Below, piece by piece: positions 29,609-40,865 of a DNA stretch of 64,000 nt. A program made the position numbers and the translations under genes. The stretch lies in contig UYFQ01000001.1 of NCBI GenBank assembly GCA_900617105.1, forward strand, positions 1,054,001-1,118,000, written 5' to 3'. Numbering within the stretch: the stretch's first letter is position 1; each line of letters starts with the position of its first letter. The stretch comes from Hydrurus foetidus. Its lineage: Eukaryota. The notes below the pieces were generated by a model. That model was not told the origin of the DNA and did not search any database. It saw only the letters and a program-made list of their open reading frames with translations.

Positions 29609-30992
29609 TGTCTACATTCCAATGGTCTAACGGGTTTTCACCTTCATCGTCTTCTGTGAGGGTGGATTGGGGCGATTCAATCTGCGCAAATTCAATCGTG
29701 ATGCTGGCCCCAAATCCTTGCACCGATTCGGCAAGGATGGTGCCGCTGGCAGCTTGCACGATTTGGCGACAGAAGGTCAGACCCAGGCCATGGCCAGCCC
29801 GTCGGTCGGTTGAGAAAAAAGCATCAAAGGCGTGTTCCAGTGTCTCGCGGCTCATACCTATGCCACGGTCAGAGACGGTGATGCGACCATGTCCGCCGAA
29901 CACGCCCACCTCGATCAACACGTCCCCTGCAACCAGTTTGCGCTGGGTTGCCAAGACGGCTCGCAAGGCGTTGCGCATCAGGTTGTTCAGCACCTCACCA
30001 AACAGTGAGCGCGATGAGGTGAAGTTGAAGTCTCGGCGCACCACGATCTGCACGCATTCGCGCTCACGGTCTGAGCGATAAGGGTAGGTCTTGTGCAACT
30101 CTTGAACCGTCACAGAGGCTTGCAGCAACATGTTTTGACCGGGAAGCCCCAGTTCCAACAAGTGTGCGTTGGCGATCTGGTTGCTCATGGTGGAATTCAT
30201 GGCGCTGCTTAAGCGTTCCAGTCGGTGGCCCCAGTTTTTAAGGCGCGCCGCTTGACGGAGTTCGCTTGCGGCATTGGCTTCGCTGCGCAAAGCTTTACCC
30301 ACCAGTGTGATGGTAGAGATCGCTGGCCGCATTTCGTTGGCCATGACAGCCATGGTGGTGACTGCTTGACTCAGTTGCTCATGGCGCAGATTGGCCCGTG
30401 ACATGCTCAAAAAGAGACCAATCGCCCAGGTGATGAACAGTGTCCACAACGCCACACCGGGTTCTGCCAGCAGGGGTGTGTGCATGCTCACGGCCAAGCT
30501 GCCCCCGAGCGTCAAACCCGTGACCAAGCCGACCGTTGCCAAGCGCCAGTCCGTGACTTGGTGGTAAATCAGTATCACGCTGCACAGGGTGGTCAAACGC
30601 ATGGCGTTGCCGTCGTTCATGATGAACATGAAGCTGAACATCACGGGCAATTGCATCCACAGTACAAACGCCATCCAGTTTTGGGTTCTGTGCGAAGTGG
30701 GGTCTTTGCTGAGCGGGCCAAAAATAAAGGGCAACCCTGAAGCTGCCATAACTGCTCGCAACCAAATGCTTTCATAGGTCTGCGCATTGGCGGACATCAG
30801 CACAACATAAGAAACCACATGGTTAATGATGATGAGAATGCCAAATCCCCGCAGCCGCATGGTGGTGGGGTAGAGCATGGTCTCCACAGGCTCGCGCAAA
30901 GCAGCGCTGCGTGTCATGGCTTTGAACCGATGGCTTAGGGCAAAGACCCAGTCTTCTAACTTGGCGATGGTGGTAGTGAATAGCTTACTCAT
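29598..30992 (-). CDS. CqsS/LqsS-like membrane sensor histidine kinase with degenerate H-box
   Basis: About 6 TM segments (QTYESIWLR, LPVMFSFMFIMN, DWRLA); HATPase boxes NNLMRNA, DRGIGM, FFST, GHGLGL; H-box reads ANEMRP. Confidence 0.7.
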   Translation of the reverse strand: MSKLFTTTIAKLEDWVFALSHRFKAMTRSAALREPVETMLYPTTMRLRGFGILIIINHVVSYVVLMSANAQTYESIWLRAVMAASGLPFIFGPLSKDPTSHRTQNWMAFVLWMQLPVMFSFMFIMNDGNAMRLTTLCSVILIYHQVTDWRLATVGLVTGLTLGGSLAVSMHTPLLAEPGVALWTLFITWAIGLFLSMSRANLRHEQLSQAVTTMAVMANEMRPAISTITLVGKALRSEANAASELRQAARLKNWGHRLERLSSAMNSTMSNQIANAHLLELGLPGQNMLLQASVTVQELHKTYPYRSDRERECVQIVVRRDFNFTSSRSLFGEVLNNLMRNALRAVLATQRKLVAGDVLIEVGVFGGHGRITVSDRGIGMSRETLEHAFDAFFSTDRRAGHGLGLTFCRQIVQAASGTILAESVQGFGASITIEFAQIESPQSTLTEDDEGENPLDHWNVDIKV

Positions 30993-31242
30993 GAATGCAC
31001 GGAGTAACGGCCCTCCCAGGCCGGTCTGAAAATAGCTGAAGAGCTGTCAGTAGCAGGATCTAAGCCCAGTCATCCACTGTTTGCACCCTGTTCATGGTGC
31101 TCGCTACGGTCAGATCGTCCGAAGCGTCAACGATTATCATTAAGAGAAGTTCTAAACTTGTAACGGTAGCCGTGCGTTTGCGTGTGGTGAGTCTTCATTT
31201 TTATGTTTTGTGTCTGTCTTTTGCCTTCCTTTGCCATTTTTT

Positions 31243-32712
31243 ATGAACTACTGCTCAACCCGAGGGGACACCACCCCTAAAAAATTCTGCGACATCTTGC
31301 TGGAGGGCTTGGCCCCCGACGGTGGCTTGTACCTGCCCACGCACTACCCCCAAATAAGCTCGCCACAGCTGGACAAGCTGCGCAGTGTTTACCAACATGA
31401 TGGCTACGCCGCGTTGGCGTTTGAGATTTTGTCGCTCTATATTGACGACATTCCGGCGGCTGATTTGAAGGCGATTTGCGCCAAAACCTACACTGCCGAA
31501 GTCTTTGGCACAGCAGCCATCGTGCCCCTCACGCGCTTAGAGGAGGGCGTCTACTTAGAGTCACTTTCCAACGGCCCCACACTCGCCTTCAAAGACATGG
31601 CGATGCAGCTTCTAGGCAACTTGTTCGAGTACGAGCTGGCCCGCCGTGGCGAATCGCTCAATATTTTGGGCGCTACCTCAGGCGATACGGGCAGCGCTGC
31701 CGAATACGCCATGCGTGGCAAAAAGGGCGTGCGTGTCTTCATGACCTCGCCCGAAGGCCGTATGAGCCCTTTTCAGCAGGCGCAAATGTTCAGCTTGCAA
31801 GACGAGAACATCCACAATCTGGCCCTCACGGGCGTGTTTGACGACTGCCAGGACATCGTGAAAGCCGTCTCCAACGATTTGGCCTTCAAGCGCCAGTACC
31901 GCATTGGCACGGTCAATTCGATCAACTGGGCGCGGTTGCTGGCGCAAGTGGTTTACTACTTTGCCGGTTACTTCCAAGCCACACAGGCGAGTAAGACAGT
32001 TGACCAAAAAGTCAATTTCGCCGTGCCATCTGGCAATTTTGGCAATGTCTGTGCCGGTCACGTGGCCCGCATGATGGGCTTGCCTATTGACCGCCTCATC
32101 GTTGCCACCAACGAAAACGACGTGCTCGACGAGTTCTTTCGCACCGGCGTTTACCGTGTGCGCAGCAGCGCCGACACGCACGAGACCTCCAGCCCGTCGA
32201 TGGACATCTCCAAAGCCAGCAATTTCGAGCGCTTTGTGTTTGATCTGTTGGGACGTGATGCCGAGAAGACGCGCGAGCTGTTTGGCGCGCAACTCTCCAC
32301 CACAGGCCGCTTCGATTTGAGCGCTGACGCCCGCTTTGCCACCGCTGCGACACGCTACGGTTTTGAGAGTGGCAAGAGCACGCACAGCAACCGCCTCAGC
32401 ACGATCAAGGCCACGTTTGAGCAGTTCGGTGTCACCATCGACACCCACACCGCTGACGGCCTGAAAGTGGCCCGCGAATGCCTGAGCGCCCGCCCCTTGG
32501 CGGCTGGCACCGTCGCCACCGTGGTGCTGGAAACCGCCTTGCCCATCAAGTTCGCGCAAACCATCGTCGAAGCGCTGGGCCACGAGCCAGACCGCCCGTC
32601 CAAATTTATCGGCATCGAAGCCTTGCCCAAGCGCGTGACCGTGTTCCCTGCTGATGTGGCGGTGGTGAAAGCCTATATTGAGGCGCATTGCCCAGAACCG
32701 CTTGCTGTATGA
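31243..32712 (+). CDS. thrC: Threonine synthase
   Basis: YCSTRG, GLAPDGGLY, GPTLAFKD, GATSGDTG, NSINWAR, PSGNFGN, SPSMDI. Confidence 0.97.
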   Translation: MNYCSTRGDTTPKKFCDILLEGLAPDGGLYLPTHYPQISSPQLDKLRSVYQHDGYAALAFEILSLYIDDIPAADLKAICAKTYTAEVFGTAAIVPLTRLEEGVYLESLSNGPTLAFKDMAMQLLGNLFEYELARRGESLNILGATSGDTGSAAEYAMRGKKGVRVFMTSPEGRMSPFQQAQMFSLQDENIHNLALTGVFDDCQDIVKAVSNDLAFKRQYRIGTVNSINWARLLAQVVYYFAGYFQATQASKTVDQKVNFAVPSGNFGNVCAGHVARMMGLPIDRLIVATNENDVLDEFFRTGVYRVRSSADTHETSSPSMDISKASNFERFVFDLLGRDAEKTRELFGAQLSTTGRFDLSADARFATAATRYGFESGKSTHSNRLSTIKATFEQFGVTIDTHTADGLKVARECLSARPLAAGTVATVVLETALPIKFAQTIVEALGHEPDRPSKFIGIEALPKRVTVFPADVAVVKAYIEAHCPEPLAV

Positions 32713-33242
32713 ACGTGGTTGGCTTTTCGGGCTTCTCAGGCTCGGGTAAAACCACCTTGGTCGAGCGCTTGATCCCCGCCCTCAAACGGCATGGGCAGCG
32801 CGTCTCGGTGGTCAAGCACGCCCACCACCGCTTTGACATTGACCACCCTGGCAAAGACACCTACCGCCACCGCGAGGCCGGTGCTTTTGAGGTGGTGGCC
32901 GCGTCAGACAAGCGTTTGATGCTGGTGCGCGAATTCGAGCGCCCCGGCGCGTTGACGGTTCACCACCTCATCGCTGAGCTGTACAGCGGCGTAGATTGGG
33001 TGCTGGTGGAAGGCTTCAAACACAGCGATTTGAAAAAAATCGAAGTCTGGCGTGCAGCAACCGGTGTTGACGTGCGCTACGTGGACGATGATTTCATCGT
33101 CGCCATCGCCACAGACTCCCCCGAGTTGTTGCCCGTTGCTACCCAGCGCCCGGTGCTGGATGTGAACGACCCCGAAGCCATCGCCTCCTGGCTGCTGGCC
33201 CATGCCGACCGGTTTGACTACCACGCCGAAAATTACCTGTAA
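32709..33242 (+). CDS. mobB: Molybdopterin-guanine dinucleotide biosynthesis protein B
   Basis: GFSGSGKTT, VKHAHH.FDID..GKD, LVEGFK; ATGA overlap with thrC. Confidence 0.92.
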   Translation: MNVVGFSGFSGSGKTTLVERLIPALKRHGQRVSVVKHAHHRFDIDHPGKDTYRHREAGAFEVVAASDKRLMLVREFERPGALTVHHLIAELYSGVDWVLVEGFKHSDLKKIEVWRAATGVDVRYVDDDFIVAIATDSPELLPVATQRPVLDVNDPEAIASWLLAHADRFDYHAENYL

Positions 33243-33254
33243 AACCAAGAACTT

Positions 33255-34493
33255 ATGAAGCCAGCCCTGGGCCGTGTGCCTCTCAAACCCTTGGACGACG
33301 CACTGGCCGAACTGCTCATCCTCGTCACGCCTTTGGCCGCCGTCGAGCAAGTCGCCACCTTTGATGCCGATGGCCGCGTGCTGCGTCAAGACGTGGTGTC
33401 TGCGTTGCAAGTGCCACCCAGCGACAACAGCGCTATGGACGGTTACGCGGTGCGTTGCGCTGATGTCACGGCTTTATCTGCTTTACCTGTCTCCCAGCGC
33501 ATCCCCGCGGGCAGTGTGGGTGTAGCCCTGCAACCCGGCACCGTCGCCCGCATCTTCACGGGTGCCTCGGTGCCGCCCGGTGCGGATGCCGTGGTGCCAC
33601 AAGAAGAGTGTGACGTGCTGACTTCCCCCGAAGGTCATGTGCGCATCAACGCCGTCCCCAAGCCCGGCCAGTGGATTCGCCGTGCCGGTGAAGACGTGCA
33701 TTCCGGTCAAACTGTGCTCTCAAAAGGGAAGCGGCTCACGCCTGCTGAACTTGGCTTAGCGGCCAGTATCGGCATGGAAACCCTGCATGTCAGCGCCCGC
33801 CCTCGTGTCGCGCTGTTTTCCACCGGCGACGAGCTGGTCATGCCCGGTGAAGTCGCCCCAGCGGACATGTGCCCCGGGGCCATTTACAACTCCAACCGTT
33901 TTTTTCTGCGTGCCTTGCTGCAACGCCTGGGCTGCGTGGTGACGGACTACGGCATCGTGCCCGACCAGCGTGATGCCACCGTGCAAGCGCTGGCGGATGC
34001 TGCGGCCCACCACGATGTGGTGCTGACCAGCGGCGGCGTTTCGGTGGGCGAAGAAGACCATATCAAACCCGCTATGCAAACCCTGGGCACGCTCGATTTG
34101 TGGCAAATCGCCATCAAACCCGGCAAACCCTTTGCCCACGGCAAGATAGGTGCAGCCCATTTTGTAGGCCTGCCGGGCAACCCCGTTTCGAGCTTCGTCA
34201 CCTTTTTGCTTTTGGTGCGCCCGCTGCTGCTCAAGCTGCAAGGCATGGTGAATTTTGCTCCTGAATCAGTAGCTTCTACCGCCCATTTTGATTGGCCTAA
34301 AGCTGATAAACGCCGTGAATTTTTGCGTGTTAAACGCAACGCCCAAGGCGGCTTGGACTTGTTCCCCAACCAAAGCTCAGGCGTGCTGACCTCTGCTGTA
34401 TGGGGCGACGGCTTGGTGGACAACCCCCCAGAGCGCGTCATTCGCCCTGGCGACACCGTGCAGTTCTTGCCCTTTTCAGCCCTGATCCAGTGA
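33255..34493 (+). CDS. moeA: Molybdopterin molybdotransferase
   Basis: NSAMDGYAV, RIFTGA, STGDEL, TSGGVSVG, KPGKP, LPGNPVS. Confidence 0.95.
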   Translation: MKPALGRVPLKPLDDALAELLILVTPLAAVEQVATFDADGRVLRQDVVSALQVPPSDNSAMDGYAVRCADVTALSALPVSQRIPAGSVGVALQPGTVARIFTGASVPPGADAVVPQEECDVLTSPEGHVRINAVPKPGQWIRRAGEDVHSGQTVLSKGKRLTPAELGLAASIGMETLHVSARPRVALFSTGDELVMPGEVAPADMCPGAIYNSNRFFLRALLQRLGCVVTDYGIVPDQRDATVQALADAAAHHDVVLTSGGVSVGEEDHIKPAMQTLGTLDLWQIAIKPGKPFAHGKIGAAHFVGLPGNPVSSFVTFLLLVRPLLLKLQGMVNFAPESVASTAHFDWPKADKRREFLRVKRNAQGGLDLFPNQSSGVLTSAVWGDGLVDNPPERVIRPGDTVQFLPFSALIQ

Positions 34494-34529
34494 TCCAGCC
34501 TTGATTCCCTGACCGCTACTAAGACGACG

Positions 34530-36195
<1,666 letters not shown>

Positions 36196-36207
36196 TCTTT
36201 AAAAGCT

Positions 36208-37308
36208 TCAAGGTATCCAGCGCGGCACCTTGAAGCGCACGATGGCCACATACGCGGCCACGTAGCTTACGGCGAACATGCCACAAAACATCATCAGCAC
36301 GGTGGTGTTGTTCCAAAATAAAACCGCTGGCAGGGTGGTCATGCCCGCCATCACCCACAGGTAGGGCGAGGTGCGGTTGTTGCGCATCAACATTTGCTTG
36401 GCATCGTCATGGTGGAACACATTGCGAACGATACGGCGGTGAATCAGTTGGTGAAAGTGCAGAGCATCAGCCGCACCGGGTGAACCACCACGTGCAGCTT
36501 TGCGGTAGATTGAGAAGATGGCTTCCCACACCGGATAAATCAGCAGCAGCATAGGGAACCAGGGGGACACTGCAGCATGGCGCTGCACCAGCAAGATGCT
36601 GGCAATGGCTGTTACCACGCCCCACAAGTAGGCACCGCCATCACCTGCAAAAATCAGGCCGTGGGGGTAGTTCCAGACCAAAAATCCAGCTGTGGCTCCT
36701 ACGGCGCACAGCACAAGGGCGGCCAGCTCACGGTCGCCCACTTGCAGGCTCACATGGGCTAGCGCCAAGCAAATCATCACCGCCACAATGCCCGCAAGGC
36801 CGTTGTAGCCGTCAATCATGTTGAAGGCATGGGGCAGGCCACAAATGGCGACGATGGCCAGCAGTGCGGCTAACCAAGGCATTGCCCGTAACCAGCTGTC
36901 TGCAATGGGGATACCTAAACGGCTGATCGACACGTCCAGCAGCCACCAAGCGAGCACGGCGGACAAAGCGGTCAGTGCCAAACGCTGCTTAGCGTTGAGG
37001 CGCTGAGTGGCATCTTCGACAGCTCCCCCCAAAACCGCAGGGGCCAAAGCCACCAACCACGGCCAAACTTGCGGCCACATCAGGTGAACTTTGAAATCAT
37101 CTGTCACGACCCCCCCAAAAGGGCCAAACACCCAGCCCAGCGACATGCCCACCATGATGGCCAAACCACCCAGACGTGGCACGTTGCCGACGTGAAATCG
37201 CTGCGGCATCTCATCTGAATAGTGCTTGGTGTGGCCTTGTGTGCGGTGAATCAGCACAAACGCCAAAATCATGGCGGCTAAAAAACTCAGGGTAATCAAC
37301 AAAACCAT
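36208..37308 (-). CDS. MraY/WecA-family polyprenyl-phosphate sugar-1-phosphate transferase
   Basis: Multi-TM; VPRLGG, AFNMIDGYNGL, WNYPHGLIFAGDGG, DALHFH. Confidence 0.85.
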   Translation of the reverse strand: MVLLITLSFLAAMILAFVLIHRTQGHTKHYSDEMPQRFHVGNVPRLGGLAIMVGMSLGWVFGPFGGVVTDDFKVHLMWPQVWPWLVALAPAVLGGAVEDATQRLNAKQRLALTALSAVLAWWLLDVSISRLGIPIADSWLRAMPWLAALLAIVAICGLPHAFNMIDGYNGLAGIVAVMICLALAHVSLQVGDRELAALVLCAVGATAGFLVWNYPHGLIFAGDGGAYLWGVVTAIASILLVQRHAAVSPWFPMLLLIYPVWEAIFSIYRKAARGGSPGAADALHFHQLIHRRIVRNVFHHDDAKQMLMRNNRTSPYLWVMAGMTTLPAVLFWNNTTVLMMFCGMFAVSYVAAYVAIVRFKVPRWIP

Positions 37309-37350
37309 GGGGGATTTCTAATTTTTGTCTATGGGGGGCTAAGCGTGTCC

Positions 37351-37878
37351 CTAGCGGCTGCGGCTTTTCATCGCCCGTTCCACTTCTCGCTTGCCTTCGC
37401 GGTCTTTGATGGTATCGCGCTTGTCGTGTTCTGCCTTGCCTTTGGCTAGCGCGATTTCGCATTTAATCTTTCCAGCCTTCCAATGCAGGTTCAGCGGCAC
37501 CAGGGTATAGCCTTTTTGCTCAACCTTGGTAATCAACTTGCGAATTTGATCTTTGTGCAGCAGCAGCTTTTTGGTACGCACCGAATCGGGGTTGACGTGG
37601 GTAGACGCAGTGCCCAGGGGGTTGATCTGGCAACCCAGCACAAACAGCTCGCCTCCGCGAATGACGACGTAGCCGTCTGTTAGCTGTACCTTGCCTTCAC
37701 GCAGGGATTTCACTTCCCAGCCTTCGAGCACCATACCTGCTTCGAAGCGCTCTTCAAAGAAATAGTTGTACGCCGCTTTTTTGTTGTCGGCAATGCGGGT
37801 GTTCTTGGGCGTGCTTTTGTTGCTGCTTTTTGATGTGGCAGATGATGAGGATGAGGATGAGTCTTTTTTGGTGGCCAT
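37351..37878 (-). CDS. smpB: SsrA-binding protein
   Basis: [44 protein letters not shown]; Ser-rich N-terminal extension. Confidence 0.96.
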   Translation of the reverse strand: MATKKDSSSSSSSATSKSSNKSTPKNTRIADNKKAAYNYFFEERFEAGMVLEGWEVKSLREGKVQLTDGYVVIRGGELFVLGCQINPLGTASTHVNPDSVRTKKLLLHKDQIRKLITKVEQKGYTLVPLNLHWKAGKIKCEIALAKGKAEHDKRDTIKDREGKREVERAMKSRSR

Positions 37879-37956
37879 AGGGTTCAAATCATGTCGCATG
37901 GCTTCAATACAATCGCCAATCGTTGTCGCCTTGGTGGAGACAAGACCCTGCATTCT

Positions 37957-38439
37957 ATGAAAACCGTTCACAAGTCCGTATTGATCTGGTACAGCGCCGA
38001 AGAAATGTTCGCGCTGGTGACCGATATCCCCAGTTACCCTTCCTTTTTACCTTGGTGCGATCGCGCTATCGTCCAAGCTGTAGAGGCAGATGGTGTTGTG
38101 GCTGAAGTGGGCATTTCTATCAGCGGCATACGCCAAAGCTTTGTGACGCGCAATGTCCACAGCCACATCGGTAGCTTGAGCCGCAAGGTGCAGCTGACCT
38201 TGGTCAAAGGGCCGTTTTCTGATCTGAACGGCGAATGGTGCTTCACGCCTTTGGAAGCTGCGCCAGACGCTGATGCCAGCGTCCCCCCCGCGCCCCCCCG
38301 TGCTTGCCGGGTTGATTTGCGCCTCAACTACAGCTTTGACAACGCGGCGTTGTCAGCCTTGGTCGGGCCGGTGTTTGACCGGATTGCTGGCAGCTTGGTG
38401 GATGCTTTCGTCAAGCGAGCTGAGCAGGTTTACGCATGA
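37957..38439 (+). CDS. ratA: RatA/PasT START-domain protein
   Basis: [37 protein letters not shown]; divergent from smpB. Confidence 0.9.
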   Translation: MKTVHKSVLIWYSAEEMFALVTDIPSYPSFLPWCDRAIVQAVEADGVVAEVGISISGIRQSFVTRNVHSHIGSLSRKVQLTLVKGPFSDLNGEWCFTPLEAAPDADASVPPAPPRACRVDLRLNYSFDNAALSALVGPVFDRIAGSLVDAFVKRAEQVYA

Positions 38440-38747
38440 AACTTTTGCGCGTGACTGTGGTGTTTTCGCCCGAACCCCGTACCGTGCGCGAATGGGTTCT
38501 GGCGCTTGCCCCTGGCACGGTGGTGTCCCAAGCCTTAGCCCAAGCAGCGGGCTTGCCAGTCGATTTATCGACTTACCGGGTGGGTGTTTGGAATAAAGCC
38601 GTTGAACTCTCATACAGTTTGCGCCAGGACGACCGTATTGAGGTGTACCGGGCGCTGAAGGTTGACCCTAAAGTCGCACGGCGCGAGCGTTTTGTGCAGC
38701 AAGGCAGGCGGTCTGCTGGTCTGTTCTCCCGGAAAACTGTGCTGTAG
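38436..38747 (+). CDS. rnfH: RnfH/RatB ubiquitin-like protein
   Basis: DRIEVYRALKVDPKVARR; ATGA overlap with ratA. Confidence 0.88.
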   Translation: MKLLRVTVVFSPEPRTVREWVLALAPGTVVSQALAQAAGLPVDLSTYRVGVWNKAVELSYSLRQDDRIEVYRALKVDPKVARRERFVQQGRRSAGLFSRKTVL

Positions 38748-38759
38748 ATCCTCCAGCAA

Positions 38760-39302
38760 TTACTGGCAATCGCTGGTTGCGATGCCCTGCACCCGTTGCG
38801 TTTCTGACTGACGCGCTTCATCGGACATGAACTCGCGCTCACCCTGCGCGTTGACTTGGGCGATTCGGACACCCGATTGCAAAGACGTTAACGCCCGCTT
38901 TGCTCGCTCGCAGTTATCGGCCTTGGCAGCGGCTACTTTTTGCTGTTCAGCTTCTTTTCTGCTGGCTTCTGCGGCCTCAGTTTCAGCCTTCTTTTTTTCT
39001 AAAGCGGCATCTTTGCCATTGATTTTTAGCGTGTTGGTTACTGCAGCGGGGGCTGCGGGCGGAGAGGCTGACGCTGTGCTAGCGGATGTTGCAGGTGCCG
39101 ATGCGGAACTCGATAGCCCACCGGGGCGTTTCAAGATATTTTTGTCCGGTATCTCTGAGGGGGGGGATTGATCGCTGAAGACTTTGCGCCCACTCTTGTC
39201 CAGCCACAGCCATTGGGCCGAGGCCGACAGGGGGATGGCGACTGTCGCAGCGCAGAGCAGCGCCAAGGCCGCAGTGCGGATAGGGAATAAGTTGGGCGTC
39301 AT
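38760..39302 (-). CDS. DUF4124 domain exported protein
   Basis: Signal peptide, QWLWLDKSGRKVFSDQSPP, NCERAK, C-terminal Cys. Confidence 0.75.
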   Translation of the reverse strand: MTPNLFPIRTAALALLCAATVAIPLSASAQWLWLDKSGRKVFSDQSPPSEIPDKNILKRPGGLSSSASAPATSASTASASPPAAPAAVTNTLKINGKDAALEKKKAETEAAEASRKEAEQQKVAAAKADNCERAKRALTSLQSGVRIAQVNAQGEREFMSDEARQSETQRVQGIATSDCQ

Positions 39303-39356
39303 GATCGAATTTTAACGACTCTGTATCAGCCGCAGCTACCATGAGCACTCTCTCGC

Positions 39357-40790
39357 CTACCCGTGCCTGACCGCCACTGTCTTCAGCGTGCTGAATCCAT
39401 ACAGCGCCTCAAATCCCTTTTCCCTTCCATAGCCCGATGACTTCACCCCTCCAAAGGGCAGTTCAACACCGCCGCCTGCGCCATAGTTGTTGATGAACAC
39501 TTGACCGCTGCGCACGCGCTTGGCCATGCGGAACTGGCGGGCACCGTCTCTCGTCCAGATGCCTGCGACCAAACCGAAGGCCGTGGCGTTGGCGAGTTGA
39601 ATGGCTTCTTCTTCGCACTCGAACTTCATCGCGCACAGCACGGGGCCGAAGATTTCTTCTTGGGCCAGACGGTGGTTGACGGGTACATCGCGCAACAGGG
39701 TAGGGGCTTGGTAGTAGCCGGTTTCGGGGGCCTCATCGACGATGTGACCTTGCGCGACCATGGTGACGTTGGCGACTTGGGCATCGCTTAAGAAATCCCA
39801 AACACGCTGCTGCTGGGTTTGGCGAATCAGTGGGCCTACATCCAAATCCATAGCAGCCGGGCCAACCCGGAGCTGCGTGAAAGCATGCCCCAGGCGCTCT
39901 AACAGCGGCTCGTAAATTTCTTGCTGCACCAGGAGACGCGAACCTGCTGAGCAGGTTTGACCGGCGTTTTGCACGATGGCGTTGATCACGGCGGGGATAA
40001 CGGCATCCAGATCGGCATCGGCGAAGACGATTTGTGGACTTTTGCCGCCCAGCTCCAGCGTGACGGGGCAATGGCGCTCGGCAGCGACTTGCTGAATCAG
40101 CGTGCCTACCGACGGGCTGCCGGTGAAGCTGATGTGGTCGATACCGGGGTGGCGGGCCAAAGCGTCGCCCACTTCGTGGCCGTAGCCGGTGACGATGTTG
40201 AGCGCCCCGGCGGGAAAACCCACTTCAGCGGCGAGTTGGGCCACGCGCAACAGAGACATGCAGGCGTCTTCTGAGGGCTTGACCACGCAGACGTTGCCTG
40301 CGGCCAGCGCACCGCCCACGCTGCGCCCAAAAATCTGCATGGGGTAGTTCCACGGCACGATGTGGCCGGTGACACCGTGCGGCTCGTACCAGGTGAACAC
40401 GCTGTAGCCGTCCTGGTAGGGGATGGTTTCGCCGTGCAGCTTGTCACAGGCACCGGCATAGAACTCGAAGTAGCGGGCGAGGGCCAGGGCATCGGCGCGG
40501 GCTTGCTTGGTGGGTTTACCACAGTCGCGCTGCTCGATGGCGGCCAACTCATCGCTGTGCTCGGTGATTTTGAGCGACAGGCGCATCAGCAAGCGGCCCC
40601 GCTCAGCCCCGCTGAGCTTGTGCCACACGGCCTCGAAACACTGACGGGCCGCGCGCACGGCGGTATCGATGTCTTGCGCATTGCTGCGCTGCAATTCGTC
40701 AAACGGCTCGCCATAGGAAGGGTCGATCACCGGGATGGTGCGACCCGAGGCACTGGGGACGGCGGCGTTGGCGATGTGGTTGTATTGCAT
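39357..40790 (-). CDS. Aldehyde dehydrogenase
   Basis: PWNYP, KPSE, FTGS, LELGGKSP, NAGQTC, EEIFGP, PFGGVK.SGYG. Confidence 0.95.
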   Translation of the reverse strand: MQYNHIANAAVPSASGRTIPVIDPSYGEPFDELQRSNAQDIDTAVRAARQCFEAVWHKLSGAERGRLLMRLSLKITEHSDELAAIEQRDCGKPTKQARADALALARYFEFYAGACDKLHGETIPYQDGYSVFTWYEPHGVTGHIVPWNYPMQIFGRSVGGALAAGNVCVVKPSEDACMSLLRVAQLAAEVGFPAGALNIVTGYGHEVGDALARHPGIDHISFTGSPSVGTLIQQVAAERHCPVTLELGGKSPQIVFADADLDAVIPAVINAIVQNAGQTCSAGSRLLVQQEIYEPLLERLGHAFTQLRVGPAAMDLDVGPLIRQTQQQRVWDFLSDAQVANVTMVAQGHIVDEAPETGYYQAPTLLRDVPVNHRLAQEEIFGPVLCAMKFECEEEAIQLANATAFGLVAGIWTRDGARQFRMAKRVRSGQVFINNYGAGGGVELPFGGVKSSGYGREKGFEALYGFSTLKTVAVRHG

Positions 40791-40865
40791 GGTGTGGCGT
40801 TCTGTGAGGCGTGTGGCGCAGGCTGCGTTCACGTCAAAAGTTAATGTCGAAAGTTAGCGTCGAAA

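Noticed and set aside
37800..37878. Poly-Ser N-terminal extension of SmpB
   Set aside because: Low-complexity in-frame extension; SmpB N-termini vary and the core is intact
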